The position numbers and the translations under genes are program-made. Positions 9,959-18,708 of a stretch of DNA of 24,668 bases are shown here, piece after piece. The stretch's first letter is position 1. The number at the start of each line of letters is the position of its first letter. Below the pieces are notes generated by a model that had not been told where the DNA came from, made no database searches, and saw only the letters and a program-made list of their open reading frames with translations. This stretch comes from an uncultured Prolixibacteraceae bacterium (GTDB taxonomy: Bacteria > Bacteroidota > Bacteroidia > Bacteroidales > FEN-979). The DNA is taken from the NCBI GenBank assembly GCA_964624935.1, contig CAZUYY010000001.1, positions 5,775 to 30,442 of the forward strand, read 5' to 3'.

Positions 9959-9993
9959 TGGTGAAGTGGTGTAGTGGTGAACTGGCGAGTTAA
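9959..9993 (+). repeat. Octamer array family A in the leuS 5' leader
   Basis: TGGTGAAG TGGTGTAG TGGTGAAC TGGCGAGT TAA. Confidence 0.9.
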
Positions 9994-10032
9994 CAATTGA
10001 TAAATGCCAGTAAACCACTTGCAATTTTTCTG

Positions 10033-10040
10033 CGAAGTTA
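10033..10040 (-). promoter_or_regulatory. Putative Bacteroidota -7 promoter box for leuS
   Basis: TAACTTCG on the - strand (1 mismatch to TAnnTTTG), about 80 nt upstream of the leuS ATG. Confidence 0.5.
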
Positions 10041-10089
10041 GGAAAAACCGTGGAAATGTTAAGAGGTGAAGGCAATTGATGTCAGATAA

Positions 10090-10130
10090 CTTAGCGCTTT
10101 TTTGTGTCTTTGCTCTTACGTGGTGAAAAA
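10090..10130 (+). repeat. Degenerate CTTTGTG-type 9-10-nt repeat remnant
   Basis: CTTAGCGCT TTTTTGTGT CTTTGCT CTTACGTGGTGAAAAA; resembles 23117-23150. Confidence 0.35.
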
Positions 10131-10154
10131 AACAGTTCTAATCAAAAAAACCAT

Positions 10155-10162
10155 TAAATTCG
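10155..10162 (+). promoter_or_regulatory. Putative -7 box for ftsX
   Basis: TAAATTCG (1 mismatch), 18 nt before the ATG. Confidence 0.5.
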
Positions 10163-10180
10163 CCTTTTCATTTTATCGCT

Positions 10181-11059
10181 ATGGCCCGACAGGAGGAGAA
10201 ATATTATAACCGGAAGATCAGGACATCTCATGTTTCAACTGTTATCAGCATTACCCTTGTGCTCTTTATGCTCGGCTTATTAGGGCTGCTGCTTCTGCAT
10301 ACAAAAAAACTTTCAGATTATGCCAAAGAGAATATCGGGTTTTCCATCATGATCAAAGAGGGCGTTAAGGAGGCTGAGATCATAGCCTTCCTGAAAAAAC
10401 TCGATACTGAGAACTTTGTCAAATCTGCGGAGTATATCCCCAAAGAAAAAGCTGCCATTGAGCTGAAGAAAGAACTGGGTGAAGATTTCATCGGATTCCT
10501 GGGTTATAACCCTCTTCTTCCTACCATAGATCTTCGTTTGAAGGCAAATTTTGCCAATCTTGAAAGTGTGAGCAGGATCGAGAAGAAACTCCTGTCCGCC
10601 CCGGAAGTTAAGGAGGTCTTTTATCAGAAAGACCTGCTGGAAATGGTCAACCAGAATATGGAACGCATCAGTTTGATCATTCTTGGTTTTAGTGCTGTCC
10701 TGATGATCATCGCCATAGCACTGATCAACAATACCATCCGGCTTTCTGTTTATTCGCGCCGTTTTAACATCCGTACTATGCAACTGGTGGGTGCGACCCG
10801 TCATTTTATACGCAAACCTTTCATCCGTAACGGTATCGTAGATGGTTTCATCAGCGCATTATTCGCTATCGGTCTCCTGATGACTGTTATCTATTTTCTC
10901 TTTCAGGAAATCCCCGAACTCACGCAGATGGTTGAACTGCCATACTATATAGCCCTTATGATCGTTATTCTTTTGCTGGGTATCCTCATTTCCTGGTTCT
11001 GTACCTGGCTGTCTGTGAGGAAATACCTCCGGATGAAAACTGATGAATTATATACCTGA
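10181..11059 (+). CDS. ftsX: Cell division permease-like protein FtsX
   Basis: 292 aa with an N-terminal TM helix, a periplasmic domain, the INNTIRLSVYSRRFNIRTMQLVGAT..FIRKPF motif and three C-terminal TM helices. Confidence 0.93.
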   Translation: MARQEEKYYNRKIRTSHVSTVISITLVLFMLGLLGLLLLHTKKLSDYAKENIGFSIMIKEGVKEAEIIAFLKKLDTENFVKSAEYIPKEKAAIELKKELGEDFIGFLGYNPLLPTIDLRLKANFANLESVSRIEKKLLSAPEVKEVFYQKDLLEMVNQNMERISLIILGFSAVLMIIAIALINNTIRLSVYSRRFNIRTMQLVGATRHFIRKPFIRNGIVDGFISALFAIGLLMTVIYFLFQEIPELTQMVELPYYIALMIVILLLGILISWFCTWLSVRKYLRMKTDELYT

Positions 11060-11073
11060 TTGAAAAAATTCTG

Positions 11074-11081
11074 TAATTTTG
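11074..11081 (+). promoter_or_regulatory. Putative internal -7 box for DUF3098-uppP-truB
   Basis: TAATTTTG, a perfect TAnnTTTG match, 20 nt before ATG 11102. Confidence 0.6.
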
Positions 11082-11101
11082 AACCGAATTTGAACCATAA
11101 A

Positions 11102-11410
11102 ATGGAAAAGAAAGTAAAAAAACCATTACAGAGCAAGCCTTCAGCACCGGCTGCAAAACCCCAGCCTGCTCCTTCTGCCCCGGTGAAAACCGGAGAATTT
11201 GCCTTCGATAAAGAGAATTACCGTTTACTCTTTATAGGTCTTGCATTCATTGTATTGGGCTTTATTCTCATGATCGGCGGCGGATCAAAAGATCCTAAAG
11301 TGTTCAACCCCGCTATCTTCAACTTCCAGCACATTACTCTGGCTCCGATACTGGTGCTTACCGGGTATGTGATCGAGATCTTTGCCATCATGAAGAAACC
11401 AAAGGATTGA
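11102..11410 (+). CDS. DUF3098-like small membrane protein
   Basis: Contains FAFDKENYRLLFIGLAFIVLGFILMIGGGS...F...ITLAPILVLTGYVIEIFAIMKKP with two TM helices, in its usual position between ftsX and uppP in Bacteroidota. ATG 11102 is preferred over the TTG at 11060, which lies upstream of a -7 box. Confidence 0.85.
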   Translation: MEKKVKKPLQSKPSAPAAKPQPAPSAPVKTGEFAFDKENYRLLFIGLAFIVLGFILMIGGGSKDPKVFNPAIFNFQHITLAPILVLTGYVIEIFAIMKKPKD

Positions 11411-11411
11411 T

Positions 11412-12230
11412 ATGTCCCTTATACAGGTCATCATCCTTGGCATCGTTGAAGGAATTACAGAATTCCTGCCGATTTCTTCCACGGGTCATATGGCGCTGGT
11501 GGCCTCGTTCATGAATCTTTCCAAAGACAAGCAGACTCAGGAATTTATCAGTCTCTTTATCGAAAATATCCAGTTTGGAGCAATCATCTCCGTGCTCTTT
11601 ATTTACTGGCGGAAATTCATCGATTTCAAGTCCTACCGGTTTTACCTTAAATTACTGATTGCTTTTATCCCCTCTGTCATCGTTGGACTTCTTCTCAAAG
11701 AGCGTATCGATGAAATTCTTCATCAACCTCTATTCATTGCCATTGTGATGTTCCTGGGTGGGATCCTGCTGATATTTGTGGACAACTGGTTCAAGAATTC
11801 AAACCTTGAAGAAGAAAGGCAAATAACCTATAAAAATTCACTTATAATTGGTTGTTTTCAGCTCCTGGCTATTGTTTTCCCCGGTTTCAGCCGCAGCGCA
11901 GCAACCATCATCGGTGGGATGCAGCAAAAGCTGACCCGGAAACTGGCAGCAGAATTTTCTTTTTTCCTGGCTGTTCCAACTTTGGCCGGAGCATTTGCTA
12001 AAAGTCTTTGGGATGCCTGGCGGAAAACACCTGAAATCCTTAATCATCATAATGTGATGATGCTTTTAACCGGGAATATAATTGCATTTATCATTGCCAT
12101 CATCGCCATCAAGGCGTTCATCGCCTACCTCACCAAGCACGGATTCAGGGTTTTCGGTTATTACCGTATCATTGTCGGAATGTCAATTATCCTTCTTCTT
12201 CTTTTCGGGAAGAATCTAATAATTTTTTAA
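11412..12230 (+). CDS. uppP: Undecaprenyl-diphosphate phosphatase (BacA family)
   Basis: Motifs GIVEGITEFLPISSTGH, PGFSRSAATI and AAEFSFFLAVPT; polytopic membrane protein. Confidence 0.97.
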   Translation: MSLIQVIILGIVEGITEFLPISSTGHMALVASFMNLSKDKQTQEFISLFIENIQFGAIISVLFIYWRKFIDFKSYRFYLKLLIAFIPSVIVGLLLKERIDEILHQPLFIAIVMFLGGILLIFVDNWFKNSNLEEERQITYKNSLIIGCFQLLAIVFPGFSRSAATIIGGMQQKLTRKLAAEFSFFLAVPTLAGAFAKSLWDAWRKTPEILNHHNVMMLLTGNIIAFIIAIIAIKAFIAYLTKHGFRVFGYYRIIVGMSIILLLLFGKNLIIF

Positions 12231-12247
12231 AAACAACTGCCATATCC

Positions 12248-12937
12248 ATGAATTTTAACTTTGAACAGGGAGAGATCTTCCTTGTCAACAAGCCGGTTAA
12301 ATGGACTTCATTTGATGTGGTAAACCTCGTCCGGAATTATATACGGAAACAAACGGGGATTAAAAAGCTTAAGATCGGCCATGCCGGCACGCTTGATCCA
12401 CTTGCCAGTGGATTACTTATCCTATGTACCGGCAGGATGACCAAACGCATTGAGGAATTCAAGGAATACGATAAGGAATATACCGGGACATTTGTCCTTG
12501 GAGCTACTACGGCTTCTTTCGACCTGGAAAAAGAAATCGATTGTCATTATCCCTGGGAACACATAACAAAGGAAGATATTATCGATGCCGTGAAGAACCT
12601 CACAGGCAGTTACGACCAGCTCCCTCCTGTATTTTCAGCAAAGAAAATCAAGGGTAAAAGGGCTTATGATTATGCACGGAAAGACCAGGAAGTCGTCATG
12701 CAGCCCAAACACATTACTATTTCAGCTTTTGAAGTCCAGGGAATAAACATGCCCGAAGTCCATTTCAGGGTTTCCTGCAGTAAGGGGACTTACATCCGTG
12801 CACTGGCGCGCGATCTTGGGGTGGCTTTAAAAACGGGAGCTCATCTCAAAACACTGTGCCGGACACGCATAGGACCTTACCATCTGCGCGATGCTTATGA
12901 TATCGAAGACCTTAAATCAATGCTGAAAGAAGAATAG
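12248..12937 (+). CDS. truB: tRNA pseudouridine(55) synthase
   Basis: Motifs NKPVKWTSFDVV, KIGHAGTLDPLASGLL (catalytic Asp), PPVFSAKKIKGKRAYDYAR and CSKGTYIRALARDLG. Confidence 0.97.
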   Translation: MNFNFEQGEIFLVNKPVKWTSFDVVNLVRNYIRKQTGIKKLKIGHAGTLDPLASGLLILCTGRMTKRIEEFKEYDKEYTGTFVLGATTASFDLEKEIDCHYPWEHITKEDIIDAVKNLTGSYDQLPPVFSAKKIKGKRAYDYARKDQEVVMQPKHITISAFEVQGINMPEVHFRVSCSKGTYIRALARDLGVALKTGAHLKTLCRTRIGPYHLRDAYDIEDLKSMLKEE

Positions 12938-12952
12938 ACTCATTGATTTTTG

Positions 12953-12960
12953 TATCTTTG
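12953..12960 (+). promoter_or_regulatory. Putative -7 box for the Asp-box/T9SS gene
   Basis: TATCTTTG, a perfect match, 39 nt before ATG 13000. Confidence 0.65.
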
Positions 12961-12999
12961 TTCATTGCCGTCAGGCAGTTCTTATTAATTCCAACCTCG

Positions 13000-15732
13000 A
13001 TGAAAAAACAAATACTTTTCCTCTTACTTGTGTTCCTTGTTTCAGCTTTTTCCCTCGTGGAATATAAACACTCAAAAGCCTTCAGGAGGGCACGATATGA
13101 ATCGTACCTGAAACAAGAATGCCGCCAACTGCCTCATGTAAATCTCAAGGAAGATAATGAGGCTGAGGCCGATCAGCCTGATATGGCAGCCTTGCAGGAC
13201 TATTTTATGACTGTCGATCCTGCTACGGGCAACGTTCCGCGTGAACGTCTTTATCTGGCTTACCTTGAAACTCGCAGTCTAATGAGACAAAAGAGCACCG
13301 AATTCACTGTCAACTGGACAAGTTATCCCTCCAACATGGGAGGGCGCACCCGCGCCATTATGTTTGACCCCAACGACCCCTCGCATCATAAAGTCTGGGC
13401 AGGCGGTGTAACAGGAGGTCTCTGGTATAATTCCAATATTAACGATACAAGCCAGTCATGGGTGCCTGTAAGCGACTTTTGGCCCACGCTTGCTATACGT
13501 TGTATCACTTACGACCCGAACAACCCTTCTATCTTTTACATTGGAACGGGAGAAGCTGAAACAGCCATCCAGACTTACCGCGAATCTTCTGGTCTGGGTG
13601 ATGGAATCTGGAAATCCACTGACGGCGGGGTTACCTGGAATCTTTTAAGCTCGACCACGGGTTTTGCCTATGTTCCAAGGATCGTAGTACGAAATGAAAG
13701 CGGCACCAGTGTTATTTACGCCGGCGTCGTTTCCGGCCTTTATCATGGCATACATAACAGCCTGCCGTCTGATGGTCTCTTCCGTTCGACTGATGGTGGA
13801 TCGACCTGGACACAGGTATTGCCGGATATTTATGGTTTCACTGTGCCATATTCTCCTTCGGATGTGGCGTTGGGTGCTGGTGGAAGGATATATGTGGGCA
13901 CTATGCCTAATCTCGATGGCAACGGTGCAGCCGTATTGCTTTGGTCAGATACAGGTCTCTCCGGATCCTGGAATGTTGATACGACTTACCGGCATGAGAT
14001 CCTTATCGATCCCCAGTATAATATACCCGGCCGGGTAGTTTTCGGGTGTGCCCCATCAGACGAGAATATAGTTTATGCCCTTGTGGCTTCCGGACTGATC
14101 AGCTCAGTTAACAACTTCAAATATTTTTATTGTTATCATATCCTCCGTTCGGCAGATAAGGGTGTTACCTGGACTGAACAAAACCTTCCAACAGATTGTA
14201 ACGGGCAATCGAATTTCGCTACCATCGCATGGCATGCACTGGATATTGCAGTTGACCCGAATGATCCAAACACTGTGTTTATAGGTGGACTGGATGTTCA
14301 GAAGACCACCAACGGCGGGTCATCATGGACCCGTGTAAGCGATTGGTCATTGATGTATTCTGGAGGAGGAAGTGAGTATGTTCATGCCGACCAGCACATT
14401 ATGGTATTTTTGCCGGGTTCATCCAGCGAACTGTTGCTGGGATGCGACGGGGGTGTATTCTATACCGCCTCTGCCAATACTACCTATCCGGTTTTCGAGC
14501 TACGGGATCATAATTACAACACCCTTCAATTCTATTCGGCCGACCTGAAAAATCTGCCCGGATCAAAAGAGTTGATTGGAGGACTGCAGGATAACGGATG
14601 TCTTTACTATAATAATTCCCCTGTTACCATCAACGATATGGTGAGCGGAGGAGACGGGGCCTATTGTTTTTTCGACAAGAATGACATTATGTATTCAATT
14701 TCTTCTCTTTATTACAACTCCTATTATCTCCAGACCAACGGCATTACCACCGGCTACCTTACAAACTGGTCGAGCGGGATCTTTGTGAACCCGGCAGACT
14801 ATGATTACCGCGATAAGGTAATCTATGCCAATGCCTGCGACTTCATCAATGATCAGCTTGATTATTATCTGATGCTGGCCAATGTTACCAGTGGGGGTTC
14901 CGGTGCATTTAAAAAGGTGGGAACCACCACACAGGTATATTTTTCAGCCGTGAAATGGTCTTCTTTTTCGCCTTCCGGTAATGCAAATCTTTTTCTGGGC
15001 ACAGAGTCCGGGCGACTGTTCAGGGTGACCAATGCCGCATTCACCCCGGCCTATACGGAGATCACAGGATCTAATTTCCCGGTAGGGAATATTTCCTGCA
15101 TTAATATCGGAAATTCAGAAGATACTTTACTGGTTACCTTTTCGAATTATGGAATACCCTCAGTATTCACCAGTTACGATGGAGGTCAGAACTGGACAAA
15201 TTGCGTAGGCAACCTTCCCGACATGCCAATCAGGTGGGGGATGTTTCACCCTAGGTACTTCCGTCAGGTTATGCTTGCCACCGAGACCGGGACCTGGACT
15301 ACAATTGACATCGATGCCTCACCCGTCGTCTGGACGCCGAACGTGACCGGAATGGCCAATGTGAGGGTCGATCAATTGAATTTCCGCACCAGTGATAACA
15401 CTGTCATTGCTGCTTCTCACGGACGGGGTCTCTTTACTGCCACATGGGATGTCGTGGAAAGTATAAATAATCTGCATTTTTCGGCTTTCAGAATGTATCC
15501 AAATCCGGTAAACGATCTTTTGAATATCTCTCTTGAAACGAAAGGAATACAGAATATCCTCTTCAGGATTTACGATTCATCCGGAAAATGCCTGGCAGAT
15601 GAAAACCAGGAAACCATTGACGGAAATGCACTAAAGCAAATGAACGTTTCAAATCTCGCTCCCGGAGTTTACTTTATGAGTATTTATGAAGACGGAAGGA
15701 AGGTTAAGACGGAGAAGTTTATCAAGAATTAA
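13000..15732 (+). CDS. Secreted Asp-box/BNR beta-propeller protein (sortilin/GH74-like fold) with T9SS type A C-terminal domain
   Basis: Signal peptide from ATG 13000 (MKKQILFLLL), downstream of a TATCTTTG box. Asp-boxes: KSTDGGVTW, RSTDGGSTW, RSADKGVTW, KTTNGGSSW, TSYDGGQNW. CTD: MYPNPVNDLLNI...LAPGVYFMSI...KTEKFIKN. The substrate cannot be assigned. Confidence 0.88.
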   Translation: MKKQILFLLLVFLVSAFSLVEYKHSKAFRRARYESYLKQECRQLPHVNLKEDNEAEADQPDMAALQDYFMTVDPATGNVPRERLYLAYLETRSLMRQKSTEFTVNWTSYPSNMGGRTRAIMFDPNDPSHHKVWAGGVTGGLWYNSNINDTSQSWVPVSDFWPTLAIRCITYDPNNPSIFYIGTGEAETAIQTYRESSGLGDGIWKSTDGGVTWNLLSSTTGFAYVPRIVVRNESGTSVIYAGVVSGLYHGIHNSLPSDGLFRSTDGGSTWTQVLPDIYGFTVPYSPSDVALGAGGRIYVGTMPNLDGNGAAVLLWSDTGLSGSWNVDTTYRHEILIDPQYNIPGRVVFGCAPSDENIVYALVASGLISSVNNFKYFYCYHILRSADKGVTWTEQNLPTDCNGQSNFATIAWHALDIAVDPNDPNTVFIGGLDVQKTTNGGSSWTRVSDWSLMYSGGGSEYVHADQHIMVFLPGSSSELLLGCDGGVFYTASANTTYPVFELRDHNYNTLQFYSADLKNLPGSKELIGGLQDNGCLYYNNSPVTINDMVSGGDGAYCFFDKNDIMYSISSLYYNSYYLQTNGITTGYLTNWSSGIFVNPADYDYRDKVIYANACDFINDQLDYYLMLANVTSGGSGAFKKVGTTTQVYFSAVKWSSFSPSGNANLFLGTESGRLFRVTNAAFTPAYTEITGSNFPVGNISCINIGNSEDTLLVTFSNYGIPSVFTSYDGGQNWTNCVGNLPDMPIRWGMFHPRYFRQVMLATETGTWTTIDIDASPVVWTPNVTGMANVRVDQLNFRTSDNTVIAASHGRGLFTATWDVVESINNLHFSAFRMYPNPVNDLLNISLETKGIQNILFRIYDSSGKCLADENQETIDGNALKQMNVSNLAPGVYFMSIYEDGRKVKTEKFIKN

Positions 15733-15733
15733 C

Positions 15734-15773
15734 AAAATGGTAAAGTAGTAAAATGGCAATATGGTAAAATAAT
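15734..15773 (+). repeat. Octamer array family B (AAAATRGY)x5
   Basis: AAAATGGT AAAGTAGT AAAATGGC AATATGGT AAAATAAT. Confidence 0.85.
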
Positions 15774-15800
15774 TATCAATTATCCATTGTCAACTATCAA
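15773..15800 (+). repeat. Heptamer array (TTATCAA)x4
   Basis: TTATCAA TTATCCA TTGTCAA CTATCAA. Confidence 0.8.
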
Positions 15801-15802
15801 TT

Positions 15803-15837
15803 CATCCAGTATCCAGCATCTAGCATCAAGTATCGAT
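15803..15837 (+). repeat. Heptamer array (YATCCAG)x5
   Basis: CATCCAG TATCCAG CATCTAG CATCAAG TATCGAT. Confidence 0.85.
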
Positions 15838-15838
15838 T

Positions 15839-16300
15839 ATGCCCCCACCCAAATCTTTTCCTCTCTACTCGCCTGAGTATTTTATGAACGAAGCGGTGAA
15901 CGAGGCAAAAACTGCTTTAGAGAGAGATGAAGTTCCAATCGGTGCAGTGGTCGTTTGTGAAAACCGTATCATTGCGCGTGCCCATAATCTTACCGAAACC
16001 CTTAATGATGTGACTGCTCATGCCGAGATGCAGGCATTCACGGCTGCTTCGGGTTATCTTGGCGGCAAATACCTCGACGAATGTACACTATATGTAACTG
16101 TCGAACCCTGTGTCATGTGTGCGGGTGCTTCATTCTGGGCACAACTGGGAACGCTGGTCTATGGCGCCGATGATCCCAAAAGAGGATATCGACTGATAGA
16201 TAGGCAGATCCTTCATCCTAAAACAAAGGTCATTTCAGGTATTCTCACTGCCGAATGCAGTGAATTAATAAGCTCATTTTTTCAATCCAAAAGAAAATGA
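15839..16300 (+). CDS. tadA: tRNA adenosine(34) deaminase / nucleoside deaminase
   Basis: Motifs EVPIGAVVV, AHNLTE, TAHAEM (HAE), TVEPCVMCAGA (PCxxC zinc site) and LVYGADDPKRG. Confidence 0.88.
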   Translation: MPPPKSFPLYSPEYFMNEAVNEAKTALERDEVPIGAVVVCENRIIARAHNLTETLNDVTAHAEMQAFTAASGYLGGKYLDECTLYVTVEPCVMCAGASFWAQLGTLVYGADDPKRGYRLIDRQILHPKTKVISGILTAECSELISSFFQSKRK

Positions 16301-16400
16301 AGGGAAAATTACAATGCCCTGTCACTATTGCAGGCAACCGGATGCTAAATCTTATAAAAAATCCGTGGGATTATCTTTGTCTTTTTTAAAAGATGGTGAG

Positions 16401-17144
16401 TTATCTTTCTTTCCATTTAACCCTGGCTTTGAAGATCGTCTTTCCATCCCCTGCGCGTATTCCTTTTACAAGGGATTCATCAATGTTGATTGACGCAAAT
16501 AGTTTGATCTCTTCAGCATACCTGACCTCTGACAAAAATTCAATGAGGAAATAAGAAATGCTGAATTTGCGGTGCATTTCTTCGGGAAAAAGGTTCAGTA
16601 TCCAGTCGATATAACGGGCATTATTAACATGCATGTACATGTCAAGATCGGTATAGCCTGCAATTACGTTATGGATCAATGGCAGATCATGATGAATAAG
16701 AATGCGACCGGGTTGCTCTTCCATCACAGCTACCGGCCAAACTGAATTTACAGCTTTATCGTTGATCTCCGGGACCACGGGTTTGCGTGTTTCCGGGTCG
16801 AGCAGGAACCAATTCGACGAGACGGCACCCAACTTCTTTCCATTTGCATCGCTGATCTCATAATCGCGTATTGCAACAAGTCCTTCTGCGCCCCGATGCC
16901 ACGTTTTTACCTCGATTTCTTCATTCCATGCCGGATACGCATCCATATGAATGAGCATCCTGATCAATACCCAGAGCGCGTCAAAGCCATCCTTATGCGC
17001 ATAATCAAACCCAAGGCTGTGAGCATGTCTGAAAGCTGTTACCTGAAGGAAATTGCAGATGGAGACAAGGGAAGCACAATTGTTGGCATCGGCTTCGTAC
17101 CAGTTTATACGGTAACGGTCAGTCCAGATTAGTTGGGAATCCAT
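16401..17144 (-). CDS. Acyl-ACP thioesterase (double hot-dog fold)
   Basis: Segments YEADANN, LQVTAFRHAHSLG, WVLIRM, YPAWNEEIEVKTW, RDYEI, DLDMYMHVNNARYIDW. ATG 17144 (MDSQLIW) is preferred over 17189. Confidence 0.88.
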   Translation of the reverse strand: MDSQLIWTDRYRINWYEADANNCASLVSICNFLQVTAFRHAHSLGFDYAHKDGFDALWVLIRMLIHMDAYPAWNEEIEVKTWHRGAEGLVAIRDYEISDANGKKLGAVSSNWFLLDPETRKPVVPEINDKAVNSVWPVAVMEEQPGRILIHHDLPLIHNVIAGYTDLDMYMHVNNARYIDWILNLFPEEMHRKFSISYFLIEFLSEVRYAEEIKLFASINIDESLVKGIRAGDGKTIFKARVKWKER

Positions 17145-17148
17145 GGCG

Positions 17149-17156
17149 TAAAGGTA
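17149..17156 (-). promoter_or_regulatory. Putative -7 box for the thioesterase gene
   Basis: TACCTTTA on the - strand (1 mismatch), only 4 nt before the ATG, with TTTG 18 nt upstream (17175-17178). Confidence 0.35.
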
Positions 17157-17165
17157 ATAAGATTG

Positions 17166-17197
17166 GCGGACAAGCAAACGCGCGGACAAGCGGATGA
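17166..17197 (+). repeat. Octamer array family C (GCGGACAA)x4, degenerate
   Basis: GCGGACAA GCAAACGC GCGGACAA GCGGATGA. Confidence 0.65.
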
Positions 17198-17262
17198 ATA
17201 TTTATTTAGATGATAATTACGTTAAATTTTATATCGGGAATTGTGTGTTCATGATGGTGAAT

Positions 17263-17279
17263 TAACTTTGATAACTTTG
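17263..17279 (+). promoter_or_regulatory. Two tandem -7 boxes for the M28 peptidase gene
   Basis: TAACTTTG A TAACTTTG; both are perfect matches. Confidence 0.65.
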
Positions 17280-17297
17280 CATCCCTAATAACTTTTT

Positions 17298-18671
17298 ATG
17301 AAAAATTTCATTTGGATTATTGTTTTCTATTTATTTTCCACCGTGTTTTCCGGATTGATGGCACAGAACAATGACAGTCTCGTCATCAAGCGCATTTTCA
17401 ATGATGCCCTTACAGATTCCAGCTCTTATCATAACCTCAGGAATCTTACCAGTCATTACAGTAAGCGTCTTGCAGGATCGGAACAATCTCTGAAAGCAGT
17501 CACCTGGGCAGAACAACTATTGAAGAGTATAGGATCCGACACCGTGTGGCTCCAGGAGTGCAAAGTCAGGCATTGGGATAGAGGTGAAAAGGAAATCGCT
17601 AAAGTTATTTCAGTAAAGTCGGGTAATCACAATTTAAGCATTTGTGTTTTGGGAGAATCGGTGGCAACCGGCGGGAAAGGCATCACTGCAAAAGTAATTG
17701 AGATCAAAGATTACGAAGAGCTAAAAAAGCTTGGCAGGGATAATGTAAAAGGGAAGATCGTCTTCATCAATCATCCTGCCGATCCTACCCTGTATAATAC
17801 CTTTGCCGCTTATGGTGGTGTAGTAGGTTATCGGGGCCGTGGAGCAGTCCAGGCTGCTTATTATGGAGCTGTAGCCATGATCGATCGTTCCTCGACCACC
17901 ATCCATGATAATTGCCCCCACACAGGTATTCAGCATTACGCCGATACCGTAAATAAGATACCTGCTGTGTCAATAAGTACCAATGATGCCGATAACCTAA
18001 GCCACTGGCTGAAAACAGATCCCGGTCTCTCAATATTTCTTAAGACCTCCTGCCGGGAACTACCAGAGATTGTTTCGCACAATGTCATCGCCGAGATCCA
18101 CGGAACTGAACATCCTGAAGAAGTCATTGCTTTTGGCGGTCATCTTGATTGCTGGGATATCTGCCAGGGTGCACATGATGATGGAGCCGGTGTTGTTCAA
18201 ACCATAGATATATTGCGGCAGTTCAGGTCCCTGAACCTGAAACCCAGGCATACTATCCGGGTTATTCTTTTTATGGATGAGGAGACGGAACAACGTGGAG
18301 CAAAAGCCTATGCTGAAGCGTCGAAAAACACAAAACACATTGCCGCTATCGAAGCCGATCGTGGAGGGTTTACCCCCTTTGGATTCTCCATTGATGGTAC
18401 ACCCGAACAGGTACAGAAGGTCCGTTCATGGAAAAACCTGTTGCTCCCTTACGGATTGTTTTATTTCGAGAAAGGCGGAAGCGGGGTCGATGTCGGATTT
18501 CTTAAATCACAGGGTGTTCCTTTGTTAGGCCTTGTCCCCGATTCGCAACGCTACTTTGATTATCATCATTCCATCAACGATTCGTTTGACAAAGTCAATA
18601 TCCGTGAACTGCAACTGGGTTCGGCTGCAATGGGAGCGATCGTGTTTTTAATAGATGAGTATGGACTTTGA
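17298..18671 (+). CDS. M28/M20 family metallopeptidase with PA domain (carboxypeptidase Q-like), secreted
   Basis: Signal peptide, PA-domain KGKIVFIN, and the zinc-ligand series GGHLDCWD, HDDGAG, MDEE, EADRGG, YHHS. Confidence 0.9.
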   Translation: MKNFIWIIVFYLFSTVFSGLMAQNNDSLVIKRIFNDALTDSSSYHNLRNLTSHYSKRLAGSEQSLKAVTWAEQLLKSIGSDTVWLQECKVRHWDRGEKEIAKVISVKSGNHNLSICVLGESVATGGKGITAKVIEIKDYEELKKLGRDNVKGKIVFINHPADPTLYNTFAAYGGVVGYRGRGAVQAAYYGAVAMIDRSSTTIHDNCPHTGIQHYADTVNKIPAVSISTNDADNLSHWLKTDPGLSIFLKTSCRELPEIVSHNVIAEIHGTEHPEEVIAFGGHLDCWDICQGAHDDGAGVVQTIDILRQFRSLNLKPRHTIRVILFMDEETEQRGAKAYAEASKNTKHIAAIEADRGGFTPFGFSIDGTPEQVQKVRSWKNLLLPYGLFYFEKGGSGVDVGFLKSQGVPLLGLVPDSQRYFDYHHSINDSFDKVNIRELQLGSAAMGAIVFLIDEYGL

Positions 18672-18676
18672 AGACG

Positions 18677-18708
18677 TGGTGAACTGGTGATGTGGTGATG
18701 TGGTGAGT
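18677..18708 (+). repeat. Octamer array family A between convergent genes
   Basis: TGGTGAAC TGGTGATG TGGTGATG TGGTGAGT TT. Confidence 0.9.

Noticed and set aside
9952-9996. N-terminal extension of LeuRS ([15 protein letters not shown])
   Set aside because: It starts at TTG and is just the translated octamer array; MEYNF is the typical start.
10313-10804. 163-aa antisense ORF
   Set aside because: Lies wholly opposite the well-supported ftsX and has no recognisable motif.
16372-16379. Perfect TATCTTTG box between tadA and the thioesterase
   Set aside because: It points antisense into the thioesterase with no downstream ORF. An 8-mer with two free positions is expected by chance in AT-rich DNA.
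16301-16400. Intrinsic terminator between tadA and the thioesterase
   Set aside because: Only weak 4-5-bp stems (AATCC-GTG-GGATT, CCTG...CAGG); not enough support to call one.
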